Shown here: piece by piece, positions 30,721 to 45,137 of the stretch
Layout: every line of letters starts with the position of its first letter
Numbering within the stretch: position 1 is the stretch's first letter
Assembly: GCA_964016885.1 (NCBI GenBank)
Contig: OZ024756.1
Coordinates: forward strand, 30,876,001 to 30,940,000
Direction of reading: 5' to 3'
Length of the DNA stretch: 64,000 bases
Source of the DNA: Eledone cirrhosa
Lineage: Eukaryota
Notes under the pieces: model-generated
What the model saw: the letters and a program-made list of their open reading frames with translations, nothing else
The model's database searches: none
Told to the model about the DNA's origin: nothing
Position numbers and translations under genes: made by a program

Positions 30721-31959
30721 ATACACACACACACATATATATATATATCTAAATATATACATATTGTTTGCATTAAATATTTAGATGAAGCTATATATGT
30801 AAATTACCGATCATTTTCATTTTGTTTGAGGAAACAATGTGTTCTCATGTGACACACACTTATCACAATGTGTGGATGTGAAAAATAACTAAAATAATAA
30901 TAATAAGAAATATATAACTAACCCGATCTGACCCGAAAACCGCCCAGCGTACACATATCAATTCATTTTAGAAATGTACCTGACAATGGAACAATGTAAT
31001 ACTACAGTACTTTGTTATGAAGAAAGAAGAAGCAAGAAAACTACAACAAAAGTAAATAAAAAGTAACGGCAGTGAGAAAAAAATATAATGTTAGATCATT
31101 GACTTCATTTCAAAAATAATACTAATAACGAAATAATTACCAATAACGAAAGCAAAAACAACGATAGTGATGTTACTATTACAATAACAACAAGAAAGAA
31201 ATGTAAAGAATCGCGTACCAACTATTATAGCATAAAAGTAAAAAAAAAAAATTAAAAAAAACAATGGAAGAAAAACAGCAGTAATATATTTGAAAACGGA
31301 AGTAAACGTCTAGACAACTTAGTATATTAATATTACTGAAACCTGGTGTTATGACCTCATTAGAAATCTTTAAGAAGAAAAACAAAACAATGATGATGAA
31401 AATGAAATGAACAATTTTACTCATAAATATACAAACTTAAGAAAGAAGACAATTAAATAAAGTGAAACAAAAATTAAACACGTGTTGTACCTTTACTTTC
31501 ACTTTCGGTAGTTTTAATGGTTTTATAATTATAGTCATAACTTCTTCGATTCTTCTTAAAGGAGCTATAATATATATATATTTTATTTATATATATATAT
31601 ATATAAGACAGGGTGAGAGGATAAATGGATAGACAAATAGATGGATATATATTTAATCACATATCTGCTAAATAAAGGCCAATCAATATTCAACAATCAT
31701 TGGTAAGCTTCATTTTGAAACTTGTCTTTACATGTACTCATTAACTATTATTGATTCTGTTTTCGTGTTCGAGTTACCTCCTCTTGATTATTTGCACTAC
31801 CAAACATTCTTCTATGTAACAATTTACACTTGCTTTTCATTTATATGACACCAATGCTCCCCAAAGTATGACAGTATAGTTAGACAGTACAGTCCATTGC
31901 AAGAGATAAGAATGGAAATAGAGAACTAGAGAAATAGAGGACGGATGAAAGACATAAAG

Positions 31960-32037
31960 AGAGAAAAGAAAAAAGAATGAATCAATGAAAAAAAGAAAAA
32001 AAGCCGAAAGAGAAATAAATAAAGAAAGAAAGAAGGA

Positions 32038-32069
<32 letters not shown>

Positions 32070-32089
32070 AAAAGAGAAATAAATAAATA

Positions 32090-32121
<32 letters not shown>

Positions 32122-32539
32122 AGGAAAGAAAGAAAGAAAGAAAGAAGGAAAGAGAGAGAGAAAGAAACAAAGAAGGAAAGAAAGAAAGAAAAAAAGAAAG
32201 AATGAAATAAAGGAAAAAATAAAGAGAGAAAAAAGAAAGAAAGAAGGAAAGGAAGAAGAAAGACAGAACAAATGAAAGAAAGAAAGAATTAGTGAAAAAG
32301 AGAAAGAGAAAGAAAGGAAGAAAAAAGACAAAGAAAGACAGAAAAAAGGGAGAAATAAAGAAAAGGAGAGAGTAAAGAAAGAAAGAAAGGAAGGAAAAGA
32401 GAGAAAAATAAAGAAAGAAAGGAAGGAAAAGAGAGAAAAATAAAGAAAGACAGAGAAAAAGAAAGAAAGAGAAAAAGAAAGGAAGAAAAAAGACAAAGAA
32501 AGACAGAAAAAAGGGAGAAATAAACAAAGGGAGAGAGTA

Positions 32540-32618
<79 letters not shown>

Positions 32619-32752
32619 GAAAAGAGAGAAAAATAAAGAAAGAAAGAGAGAGAGAGAAAAAGAAAGAAAGAGAAAAAGAAATAGAGAAAGAAAGACAGAA
32701 TGGAAGAAAGAAAGAAGGCAGGAAGGAAAGAAAGAAAGAGTGAGAGAGAGAG
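31960..32752. repeat. (GAAA)n-derived polypurine tract with internal duplication
   Basis: Almost exclusively A/G; aagacaaagaaagacagaaaaaagggagaaataaa is repeated. Confidence 0.9.
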
Positions 32753-33390
32753 TAGGATCTAATCGCCCTCCAGTATTACAGCTGTGAGCTCATATTTTAT
32801 TTATTGACCTCTGCAGGTCCATATTCAAAGTTTGACCTCGATGTTGGGAGACTTGAACTCAGACCATAGAATATCCTGGATCACACTATCGGACGTTCTA
32901 TAATTAACTTTGCTAATTCACCTTATCTTCTACTCTCCGCATAAACTCTATAATACGTTAATGACCTTTTGGATGGGGATATTATTTATGCAACTATATA
33001 TAAAATTCTTTTAAACTGCTTGTAGAAGAATTCGTGCGAAAGATACATAAGTTCAATTGCCGGAAAGAGTGAATGATCTGTTGGCAGGAGAAGTTATCGA
33101 ACCTTTCCACGAACTCCTCTATTGATTAATTGTTGCTGACACACAACATCACCATTTTACTCCGATTGCAGATTTTGCCTTGTTTTAGCATGGCTTCACA
33201 AGTAGAGTGCAATATGCTGTTTACGGTCATTGATTTTTCAAACCTGTTTTTCATATCAATAACTTCACTATTTTGCAAGTCTATATCTCTTACCAACCAA
33301 CACCGGTGGTCACTCAACCGGCTCGAATTAGTGGAAGAATAAATCACATTCAAATCGCGTTAGATAATATAGCCCTAGATCTGCTACGAT

Positions 33391-33560
33391 GTGAAGGTGC
33401 ATGGTTTAGCGTTTTGAAGAATGATCGGTTTACGGTTGTGAGTTCAATTCCAGGTAGTGTTTTGTGTTTTTGAGCCAGATCCTAATTAAAGGTAGACCAG
33501 TCTACTCACCTGGAAAAAAATAGTTGTACTTGAAATTCGAAGGGCCAGTTTTATTCAACC
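33391..33560 (+). mobile_element. SINE family F, diverged
   Basis: gtgaaggtgcatggtttag...gtgagttcaattccagg...ttgtgtttttgagc. Confidence 0.55.
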
Positions 33561-34782
33561 TCTGTAACGACTAAAGCTACTGATAATAATGTCATGAGTG
33601 CTCGTGTCTGTGGTATGTTCATTCACTTGCACGTTAATTTTCCGAGCAAATTGTTTCCTTGGGACAATCAACTGCAAATACTGTCGTCGAATCTGATGGA
33701 GATCCAACACACGCACACACACACACACACACACACGCACACACGCATAAGCTATATCTCAAAGAAACTGAAAACAAGTTAGTCGTGTTGAACAACACGA
33801 TCAAATTGGCCTAAAAACAACAACACAACGTATTTATAAGTTATTTGATTGTGACAGTTTTACAAAACAGATTATATTTATTTAAAATTAAATATTTAAT
33901 GATCACGCGACCCGTCTTTCAAATGGCAAGAAGCAGCAATCAGTTGGATATCTTTCAAATAACATTTTCAAATCACGTTGACTAATGTAGTCTATAAATA
34001 CTTATATTCGCGAGATGGAATGGTTCTTCCAGTGAATCTCCCTTACCATCCTCCGGGGAAACGCCTTCTCCATTCTGTCCGCCGGGGCTGTGGGGCGGCT
34101 AGCGCGTGGGACCCCATTTGCTCACAATACAGGGAGATGGGGAGGGCGAGAGAGATGGAGGCGATGACAGTGGGTGTTCGGACACATTACACATGTCATG
34201 TGGATCATGTGATAATTTCATTTTACTTGTGGTGTTGTTGTTGTTGCTGTTGATATTGTTGTTTAATCACCACCATCATCACCTTATATCTGCAATAAAC
34301 GAAAACCAGGGTAGATGCGTTCTGTAGCAAAGCTGACCCGGCCTGAAAAAGATTAATATATTTCTTACATATTATTCCAGTTAAAATATTTTTCAACTAT
34401 ATCCACAAAGCAAATATAGCCAGTTAAAATAAACTGTTTGATGATCGCTTCATTAAAAATACTATACTACAGCAAGTCTACGATACTTGAGTTATAGAGG
34501 TTAAGATAAAGGCCAATGATAGAAACTTCGTCAATTTGCGAATCAAAGGGATTCGAATCAACAGGTATAAACCTAGTAGTAACAACAGATCTAAGCTTCA
34601 GGATGTGACAGACTATTTAGAGCGGCATGCACATGTCACTTTTCTACTGCCATACTTCAAGTACTGGGCAGTCAAACTGCAAATAATAACACATGAGCAT
34701 AAGACTTGCCGATTTTCCTTCATTTGATAAAGAGGTGTTAGCCCCGAAATAACATGAAACATAATGATAAACTATCGATTCC

Positions 34783-34962
34783 TTGGCAGTATCGGTAGAG
34801 TGTCGGACACCATGCTTTTCAGCATAGTTACGCCCCTTTACGGTCTGAGTTCAAATCCCGGCGAGGTTAACTTTGCCTTTCATCCTTACCGGGTCGATAA
34901 AATAAAGTACCAGTAATGAACTGGGTAATTGCTGGCCTTGTGCCAAAAGTAGAAACAATTAT
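34783..34962 (+). mobile_element. SINE family A
   Basis: A/B boxes, body and tail as in the other copies. Confidence 0.9.
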
Positions 34963-35343
34963 TTACTCTGTTCTAGTTTCACTTTTATAATTCCTATTGG
35001 AAATGCACAGTTTTTCTTAATACATTCTTAACTTATTTGCTGTTTATCGTGTGGATGGTGTTTTTAAACTAAGAAATAGTTTTGTTTTTGTGTTCTGTTG
35101 TGTGTGTTTGATTTTACACATACTCGTATACAATAGCGTATAGCTACTTAATGTTTATCTCACACTTACTCAGATACAATATTCTATAATACCATATTGT
35201 ATCTCACCATAGAATCAGCAAATAAAGTAAAGTATATGATTTACTGAAGTGTTATAAGACCAACACATGTCAATAATTGTATCTCAGACGTATGCAAATG
35301 ATTAAAGATATATTAGGAAATTCAGCTAATATTAGATTTTCCT

Positions 35344-35380
<37 letters not shown>

Positions 35381-35543
35381 CTAAATATATATTTTGCAAC
35401 TGGGTGCATTGAATATATTCACAACTAACCCAGGTATTGATTCCAACATTTACATTTGATTCAAGATCAAATTTGTCAAAAATTATGAAGTATTACTCTC
35501 TTAAAATGTGCTTTTATTCTAGTCTGTTTCGTTTCCTTCATCT

Positions 35544-35575
<32 letters not shown>

Positions 35576-35684
35576 CACATATATATATATATATGTGTGT
35601 GTGTGTGAACGACTGTATGTATGTATATATACGCGCACATATATATATATATATATTTATGTACATATGTGTGTATATTTGAGC

Positions 35685-35717
<33 letters not shown>

Positions 35718-35721
35718 CATA

Positions 35722-35761
<40 letters not shown>

Positions 35762-35815
35762 TACATATATATATACATATATTTATATGCATATATATAT
35801 ATATGTGTGTATATA

Positions 35816-35906
<91 letters not shown>

Positions 35907-36554
35907 GCTATATCTGCTATATCTACCTAAGTTTAACATCCTTCTCTATCTACCCGTTTTATAGTTTCCTTATCTTACAAATGAATCACCACATTAATTC
36001 TCTTCTATGTTTTCTCCCTCTTCTTTTCCTTATTAAAACTTCGCCAATTTTAATCTCTTATGTTCCATAACATTCCATGGTATATGGTCTATCTTTCACT
36101 AAAGCCCCATCTACTTTTTGTAGTGTACCGAAACCCGTCTATTTGATCTTCGATTCATTGTGAAACAGTTTTCAATCATCCAGAAATAGAAAGTGATTTA
36201 TTCCATGCTGTCAGTCTTTGATATTTTATCCATTCTTCCAAGTCTTAGAAGCAATGGCAAATGTATCAGACATATCACAAAATGGCAAAGGATGAGGGGA
36301 ATAAGGGTCAATCTATGACCCTGAAAGATTTCTCTATTGATCTTATTACTTCTTATTTCTTCACTTGAATAGCTTTAATTTGTTTTCCATTTACGCAGAC
36401 TCTATTGCAATCAGCTTTCTTATCTTCTCCCTTGCCTCTCACCTTCTTTCACTATCTCAACATGTTCTGTTATCCAAGAAGTAAGGAATCGTTTTCATAG
36501 GCATTTTTATAATCGATCCTTTCCCATTATTATTATTAGTAGTAGTATTACTTG

Positions 36555-36745
36555 AAGGGGATTGGCAAGAGCGTTGATTTGGCAAATTATTGGGCTGTCG
36601 CACAAATACTCTTTAGTATTTGGTTATAGGTCTTCATATTTTGATTTCAAATTGCGCCGAATTCAACTTTCCTATTTCATCCTTTCGAAGCTGATGATAT
36701 AAAGTACCAGTCAAGTAGTGGGCTCAATATAATAGACATCCCTTC
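36555..36745 (+). mobile_element. SINE family A, older long subfamily, diverged
   Basis: ttgatttcaaattgcgccgaattcaactttcctatttcatcctttcgaagctgatgatataaagtaccag followed by an extra ggggctcaatataatagacatcccttccc segment. Confidence 0.55.
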
Positions 36746-37014
36746 CCACCACAAAATTTATGTTTATAACATATATAGTTTATGCACAACTGATTGCGAA
36801 ATAGTTATATGTAGAGATAAAAACGGTTTTAAACACAGTTATTCAATCCATACGAAATGATACAGTCCCAATATCAAAGATTTTGTTTCTGTACAGCTAA
36901 GATTATTCGATGTTTAATATTTCATCGATTTGTCTTTGTTTCAACTGCTAACTTATTTCTCGATAGTGTATTTCGAATTTTCTATTTCTACATGTATGTT
37001 TGTATGTATATACG

Positions 37015-37047
<33 letters not shown>

Positions 37048-37138
37048 GTATATGTATATGTATATGCAAACAGAGAGAAAGAGACGGGAGTTGGTGAATT
37101 GACAAATAGAAAAACACATCTATCTATTTATCTCTCTC

Positions 37139-37189
<51 letters not shown>

Positions 37190-37533
37190 GGGGATAGACA
37201 GACATAGAAAAAGAGAGAGAGGGGGGGAGTGAGAGGGAGAGAGAGAGAGAAACAGTTTGGCGAGTCAACTAAAATAACATTCAAATAAGGAACACAGATA
37301 TATATATACCTGGTATCACATTTCCAGGCGCATTGTAGATAACAGGCTGTTAGATATGGTGAGTAATTAATGGTTTAAACGAAGAAAAGTTCGTTTAGTT
37401 TGAGATAAGAGGAAGAATTAATCTGTTTATCAATAGCAACTGTGAAACATATATTGTTTCTTATTACTACCATGTAGGTTCTGTAGCTTTCGAACTACTG
37501 TGTATTTATAAACATACTTACATACTTACATAT

Positions 37534-38081
37534 ATGGTGGCTGCCAACTCGTTTTCGAGTACGGCCACTACTTTAAATCCATGTAGGAGAACTCCTAGCG
37601 ATGTGCTGAACAAGTGTGACTTTTTAATCCAGCCAGCGACTTGAAAACTCTGGTACAAACACTACACTTATGACAATTATTGACACATAGTGCTGGTCCC
37701 ATGGTACCATGTGACGACAAGTGCAGATAGATCTCTAGATATAAAGCAATGCCTGTGCCGTGAAGCTTTTATAGTGAGCAAAGGCACTGCACAAAGCCAG
37801 CCCCACTCTCTTAACCAAGATGATATTTACCAAAAAGAAGAACAAGTCAACATCATTGGATACCATCAGGGTTGCAGGTGTTATATCAGAGTATTTCTTC
37901 TCCTAGAGTTCTGCCTTGACAAAGGCTAAGGGGTCATCTCTCCCGGTGATTTTGGATGGCCATTGACTCTTAAAAGCTCCTCTGCCCTTTCAGAGGTTTT
38001 GTTTTTAGTCCTGCAGGATGTCCAAAGTCACCTTCCTCACCAAGAAACCTTGGTGGGGTTGCCAGTTTAGTCGCCAACGAC
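37534..38081 (-). mobile_element. RTE-like non-autonomous element (family E), 5'-truncated
   Basis: Second copy of 3533-4138, lacking the first ~58 nt, with CATA-like flanks. Confidence 0.7.
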
Positions 38082-38412
38082 TTACATATATAAATACATA
38101 GATACATACATACATACATAAATACATGCATATATACATAAATACATACGTGCATGCATACATACGTATACACATATATACAGATATGCATGCATGCATA
38201 CATATGTACATATCTACATAGGTACATACTTATATTAATATATTACGCTTTGCTCATGTTTTGCATGTTTAGTACATCACCATAGTAAATATTTTTAACT
38301 CTGGCTCTTACTTGATCAATTTTGTTGAACTGCTACATTTCGTGACATTAATGAGCACTAAACCTAAGCTAAGGCACCTATATACACGTATATCTATATC
38401 TATCTATCTCTC

Positions 38413-38472
<60 letters not shown>

Positions 38473-38534
38473 GATAAATCTACCAAGAGTTTACGGTAGT
38501 GTCCAATCCGAATATTTTTAATTTTTTAATATTT

Positions 38535-38609
<75 letters not shown>

Positions 38610-38826
38610 TATATTGAATTGTTTAGCAAGAGTCTTTAACTGAAAATATGTGTTGAAACCGATATTGTTATACTTTGGGGGGGGGGGTCATGTTGCCAAT
38701 AAGAAACACACGCACCAGTTGCTTTCACTCCAATTTATTATAAATTAAATTTATAAATTTAAGAAATTTGTAAATTTCCGGTTGGTTAGTTGGTTGGTTC
38801 CACAACCGGACGGTTGTTCATATATT

Positions 38827-38869
38827 TTCAAAGTTCTTTCGTCACACATTCTGTGACCTCTTCAGTGAC
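38827..38869 (-). ncRNA. Minimal type I hammerhead ribozyme (family C)
   Basis: gtca CTGAAGA g gtcac agaatgt gtgac GAAA gaac TT tga. Stem I is weak in this copy (gtca/tgac in the sister copies). Confidence 0.6.
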
Positions 38870-39065
38870 TGGGGATTCTTTTCTTTGTTTTGTGCCTCTC
38901 CTTTGTTCTGTCCTACGCCATCTTGTTTTTGTGTGTGTTCTGTGCTTAGTTTGCGAATATGTTACATCCGGGTGTCTGTGTGTGTTTTTATTTGTTTATT
39001 TATTTGTTTATTTACATGTTACTAGTTGGTTGTTTGTTCTATGTGTGTGTGTTTTCATTTTGTCC

Positions 39066-39805
39066 TTAACTGTAAGTTGTGATGTTGCTATTCCATTCAT
39101 GTTTTCTATTTAATTTTGGTTGGAGTTCATTTATGTTTATTGCCTCTGTGATTTGTCTAAACATTGCGTCTTTTCTGTGTGTAGATTCTATTTTTATTTC
39201 TATGTTCTCTAATTTGGCCTTATGTTCTATTTTAGCATGTTGGGGAGTACAGCTGATTCTTTACTATCTTGAATCTGTCGCCAGTGTTCATTTAATCGTT
39301 CTCCTATACTACGAGCTGTCTCACCTATGTACACTATATTCTTATCTTTACATTGTCCCTCAGTACATCTTATGATATATACTATGTTTCTAGTTTTGCA
39401 GTTAATATGAGGGCTTAGTTTACAGATTATGCATTTCTCATCTATACAGGGAGGTCATTGAAAATGGTATGTATTACTAATACGTGTTTTTATGGAGGTG
39501 CCTGGTCTTTCCACTATCTTAATATTTAGTTTAAGTTTATCTAAGGCCCTTCTAAATTTGTAAGCTAGTTCACCTCTAGGGGTTGTATTGATGAACATTA
39601 CACTCTGGTATTTATTGCCATCATACCATCAGTTTATTCTATTAACCTTATTCTTAGTTCTTTCTATTCTATTACAAAATGTGCTCCTATACAAGGAGCA
39701 GGTCCCATTTGTATCATTATTTACCATTTTTTCCCATTTGATTCTGGCTCCTCTATACACTCTGATTTTATCTCTCTGATTGTAACCAGAGAACTGCATA
39801 CGGTG
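39066..39805 (-). pseudogene. Penelope-like RT C-terminus/linker plus GIY-YIG endonuclease, disrupted
   Basis: Manual translation: HRMQFSGY...SLYRS...*WYDG...SVMFINTTPRGEL...KIVERPGTSIK...*PPCIDEKCIIC...NCKTRNIVYIIRC...VYIGETARSIGERLNEH...(frameshift)QHAKIEH...RQITEAININELQPKLNRKHEW...*. There are two in-frame TGA codons and one frameshift. Confidence 0.85.
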
Positions 39806-40109
39806 GGAGAAAAATCTGCAACTGGGAGAAAAATATTATTGGTTTTATTTTTGTCGCTGACAAGGGTTAAATGGCCTTTACAATATCTATCCAAAAACCA
39901 TTATGTTAGAAACCAATATTATAATTTATTACAATATTTTAATTGACATTGTATTCAATGATATCTCTACTTTCCTTGGCCTTATTAATTATTTTTCTTT
40001 TAATTATGTCTTTGTTTGATTATTTATCTTACAGTTTCTAAAATATATCCACTACAGACTATATAAAAACGCACGTTAACACACACTTGTATAGATATAT
40101 ATACATACT

Positions 40110-40157
<48 letters not shown>

Positions 40158-40480
40158 GATATATTGATAGATTGACCAAAACATAGAGAGTTAACACTTG
40201 AAGATTAGGAAAATTTATTTTTGTATTATCACTTATTTATTTATTTAATTAATTTATTTATTTTCCATAAATTATTTGCCATGCTTATGTGTTTGTTTTC
40301 GTGTGTTGGTCTGTCTAATTGATTTTAATCATTAGATTGCATCTTCTATATCAAACCCTTCGCATACACTCTCATCCGACTGTTCGGCCATCACTACCTT
40401 CCGTCTCCATGCTACAGTATTGTAAAAACATAAGATTATTATTTGTATGTATATATATATACATACATATATATATATAT

Positions 40481-40925
<445 letters not shown>

Positions 40926-40955
40926 ATATATATATATATATATATTCATATATAT

Positions 40956-41067
<112 letters not shown>

Positions 41068-41100
41068 GTATCAATACGTAGATAGATATATAGATAGATA

Positions 41101-41523
41101 TATTTCTTTTATTTGCCACTAGGGCATCAAAAGTGGGACAAGTACAAAGGGGGGAGTTTACACAAAAAGGCGTCCTCAATAAGGAGGAGGCAATAACAAA
41201 ATATAAAAATAAAATAAGATATAACAAAAAATAAAATTTTTAACAAAATCCTCAATAGAGAGGAGGCGCCTTGGGGGGTCGCACACACCCCCGAAAAAAG
41301 TGTGCAACCCTTCTCCTCAGGAGCACAGAGAAGGGGTGCTCCCTTGGTCTTTCATCTTCCTCACCTATAGTCTGATGTAGAGTGAAGGCCCATTCACACG
41401 GGCCATTCTCGCCACTTTCACCCATCTTTCATAGAAACGGCTGGGGTGCAGCACCTCTCTCTCCATCCTGATCCTTCTTCCGAAATGATATCGGAAGAAA
41501 CGGACCAGTTGTTGGCCAGATAG
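41101..41523 (-). mobile_element. 3' end of a Tx1/L1-like LINE in (GATA)n
   Basis: Minus frame [52 protein letters not shown] (stop 41365) resembles the F...W end of L1/Tx1 ORF2. It has a ~260-nt 3' UTR with AATAAA and (TCTA)n on both sides. Confidence 0.6.
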
Positions 41524-41603
41524 ATATATAGATAGATAGATAGACAAACATATAGATTGATAGATAGATACATAGAGAGAGAGATAGTTAGGTACATAAA
41601 TAT

Positions 41604-41647
<44 letters not shown>

Positions 41648-41648
41648 T

Positions 41649-41702
<54 letters not shown>

Positions 41703-41876
41703 TATAGATAGATAGATAGAAAGAAATGTAGATAGACATAAAATGATTTAATAGTATTTATAATGTCAGTAGAATATTAAATAAATTATAACATAATACT
41801 TATGTATATATGTATGCATGTATGTATGTATGTAAGTACACATACAAGTATGTATATATGTATGTATATATGTATG

Positions 41877-41939
<63 letters not shown>

Positions 41940-42301
41940 GTAGGTATATATATATGTATGTATGTGTGTATATATGTACGTATGTGCGTATGCAAGTATG
42001 TAAGTATGTATGTATATATAAACATATATATTATGTAAATATATACGAGCGAATGTGGGTGTTTAAAGTGAAACTGATAATAATGTATTAATACAGGCTG
42101 GACAATTTACTGTCAATTATAATGCTTTTAGTGTTGTTCTTGTTGTTATTATGTTTATATTTGTTGTTGTTGTTGATGCTATTGTTGTTAAGGCTGTTGT
42201 TGTTGTTGTTGTTTATATATTTTTCATCTCATTAAGAGTTTAACCAAAAATAAGCAAAAAAAAAAAAAAATAAAACAAGGAACGATTTTCATTAATAAAT
42301 T

Positions 42302-42732
42302 ATGATCACCATTATCGCCGAAAACATCATCATCATCGTCGTCATCATAATCATTATCATTATAATTCTCATTATCATCATCTGCAGCAACATCTACTTA
42401 CACATTCACGTTATCAACGTTATCATCATCATCATCATTATCATTATCATCACCATCATTAACACCATCTTCATCATCATCATCGACATCATCACCATCA
42501 TCATCATCATTTTCATCATCATCTTCATCTTCATCATCATCTTCATCATCATCATCATCATCATCATCATCGACATCATCATCATCATCACAATCAACGT
42601 CGTCAGCATTATCGTCGTCATCATCATCATCATCGACATCATCATCATCATCACAATCAACGTCGTCAGCATTATCGTCGTCATCATCATCATCATCAAC
42701 ATCTTCATTATCCTCATCATCATTATCCTCAA

Positions 42733-42768
<36 letters not shown>

Positions 42769-42797
42769 TATCATCATCTTCACCATCATCATTATCC

Positions 42798-42851
<54 letters not shown>

Positions 42852-42865
42852 ACATCATCCTCCTT

Positions 42866-42896
<31 letters not shown>

Positions 42897-43050
42897 ACAC
42901 CATCATCATCATCATCATCATCATCATCACCGTCAACACCATCATCATCACCATCATCATCATTATCATCGTCCTCACCGACCTCACTACCTCCATCATC
43001 ATCATCACCACCAACTGTGTATTCATCACTAACAATGCTATTACTGTCAT
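42302..43050. repeat. Degenerate (ATC)n trinucleotide tract
   Basis: About 750 nt of ATC variants, with an internal ~60-nt duplication (acaatcaacgtcgtcagcattatcgtcgtc x2). Confidence 0.9.
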
Positions 43051-43921
43051 TTAAACTTACACTACAATACGTGTTTGTTTTAAATAACTGATTAGCTAAC
43101 GTAATCCCGTTTATCACGAGATAATCTAGGGAAGCCATATTTGATTATATGCTTGCTTAATAGTGAAGGCACATGGCCTAAAGGTTTGCTCCTGGTTCTA
43201 CGATCATGGCTTTGAATCCTGCTTTCACATTGTACATTCTGCCAGGCGTTGATCAGCAATTGATAAACCAATGGAAACATTGATACATTGATCTGCTCTG
43301 ATGGTTGACTACTTTGTTTCACAATTGTAACTGACGTACGGCTAAATAATAACAATATTACCATTAATATCTGCGAACAGATTAAACAATAAAACCTCCA
43401 CTCAGTAGAACTTCAACCAGTTTACAGCCAGGTATCAAGCCTTCATGCCCTTAGGAAATATTCTGCCTTTGCATTTGTATTTACATTTTAACTGGTTTAT
43501 CAGGAAGAGTGAGTGCCTATCACACTTTTCAGCAACTCTAAGATTGGTAGTAGAGAGTAAGATAGAAACATCAAGCAAGTAATAGGCTCTGAAATGTTGA
43601 ATAGAATTAACAGGTGCTAAAGCCACCCAAGAGACGGAACGTTATGTTATATCATAACGGACGCAGGCCATTTTAGGATTTTTGGCTCAGAACGCTGATT
43701 CACCAGTAGTTGATTTTAACGACCAGGAAACGTTAAACAGCAAAATTTTCAGAATTTGAAAGAGGAAACGAATGGAGGACAGAGAAAAAAAAAATGTTAA
43801 TATACGTATATAACTGCATGTATGATTGTGTGTGTGTGTGTGTCTGTATATATATATATATATAAAGGCACACTTATATGATACCATAATGTAATAAATA
43901 TCTCCTCTCTCTACCCTCCTT

Positions 43922-44033
<112 letters not shown>

Positions 44034-44147
44034 TAAGAGGAATTCCAACTTTGTCTGATTTACTCGTTTTATTTACAATCCTATAAAATATATATAATGG
44101 TATTATAATGAAATAGTATGATAGAATATTAAATTCTAAGTGTTATT

Positions 44148-44186
44148 TGAACAAGTACTTTCATGCTTTCGCAATCTTCAGGTTCA
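44148..44186 (-). ncRNA. Minimal type I hammerhead ribozyme
   Basis: tgaac CTGAAGA t tgc gaaa gca t GAAA gtac TT gttca: 5-bp stem I, GNRA-capped stem II, palindromic agtact stem III, CUU site. Confidence 0.75.
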
Positions 44187-44263
44187 TGATATGTGGTGAC
44201 AGTCGAGTTTGCAATTTTCAACTGACAGTTGAAAATTGCAAACTCGACTGTCACCACATATCA

Positions 44264-44302
44264 TGAACCTGAAGATTGCGAAAGCATAAAAGTACTTGTT
44301 CA
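44264..44302 (+). ncRNA. Mirror HHR copy with G12->A, probably inactive
   Basis: tgaac CTGAAGA ttgcgaaagcat AAAA gtacTT gttca. Confidence 0.55.
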
Positions 44303-44474
44303 ATTAACACTTAGAATTTAATATTCTATCATACTATTTCATTATAATACCATTATATATATTTTAAAGGATTGTAAATAAAACGAGTAAATCAGACAAA
44401 GTTGGAATTCCTCTTATTAATATAATCTTCTATACACAATCATACACACCCGTGTATATTTACCTATCTATATC

Positions 44475-44531
<57 letters not shown>

Positions 44532-44537
<6 letters not shown>

Positions 44538-44815
44538 CTGAACAAAAAAGAAAAACGAACACAGACATGTACATAAATGTGTTCAAATCGTAAGGGACCA
44601 GATTCGCTAAGATTAAAAGAATACCAACTACAGACAACAGGGTTTGCCAGACTCATTTAAGAATAAATCAAGAAAAATAAATACAAACCAGAATTGTGGT
44701 AACTGCCCTATTTTCTGTAGTTAGTATTCTTTTCACCTTAGCAAATCTGGTCCCATACGATTTGAGCACATTTATGTATATGAATGTGTTCGTTTTTCTG
44801 TTTTGTTCAGTTATA
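44532..44815. repeat. Diverged inverted repeat (~105-120 nt arms) in (TA)n
   Basis: atataactgaacaaaa...aaatcgtaagggaccagatt...aactacaga versus tctgtagtt...aatctggtcccatacgattt...ttttgttcagttatat. Confidence 0.85.
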
Positions 44816-44910
44816 TTATACGGCTTGGAAATACCTCTTTCCTAGAGTTAATTTATTCTAAGAGACCATTTTGAGTTTCTAACTCAATACATGCCTTTGA
44901 TATATATAGA

Positions 44911-44951
<41 letters not shown>

Positions 44952-45043
44952 CAAAGGAATTGTGGTAAGGAACTAGATGAACCATAACGCACCAGAGTAC
45001 TCAATACTTAGGGTAGTAGAGTGAGAAATAGGAAAAAGTATGA

Positions 45044-45137
45044 CCCCGACGGCAGAGCTCAACCCGTTTCCACGGCTATTTCTGGACTAAATTAGAATTT
45101 TTAGCCTAGTGAATAAATAGCCGAACTTGTCAAGGGG
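45044..45137 (-). ncRNA. Mirror family B HHR with substitutions flanking GAAA
   Basis: cccc TTGACAA gttcggctattt...aaatagccgtg GAAA cgggttgagctctgccg TC gggg. Confidence 0.65.

Larger units (their letters stand above)
38615..39805 (-). mobile_element. 5'-truncated Penelope-like element (family C): ORF remnant plus 3' terminal repeat with HHR, ending in (TA)n
   Basis: GIY-YIG-containing frame followed by a 3' region homologous to 11235-11642 and 40604-40925. Confidence 0.85.

Noticed and set aside
33000-33350. Possible mariner transposase remnant (KMVMLCV)
   Set aside because: There is only a single short motif, with no TIRs or catalytic residues visible.
39066-39805. Two in-frame TGA codons as possible selenocysteine (as in Naiad PLEs)
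   Set aside because: The copy also has a frameshift, the EN is C-terminal (Naiads have an N-terminal EN), the TGAs are not at obvious Cys positions, and no SECIS was recognised. Decay is the simpler explanation.
42398-43138. 246-aa Asp-rich ORF (biomineralisation-like acidic protein)
   Set aside because: It is a degenerate (ATC)n tract open in several frames (poly-D, poly-M, poly-I), with no signal peptide or splice support.
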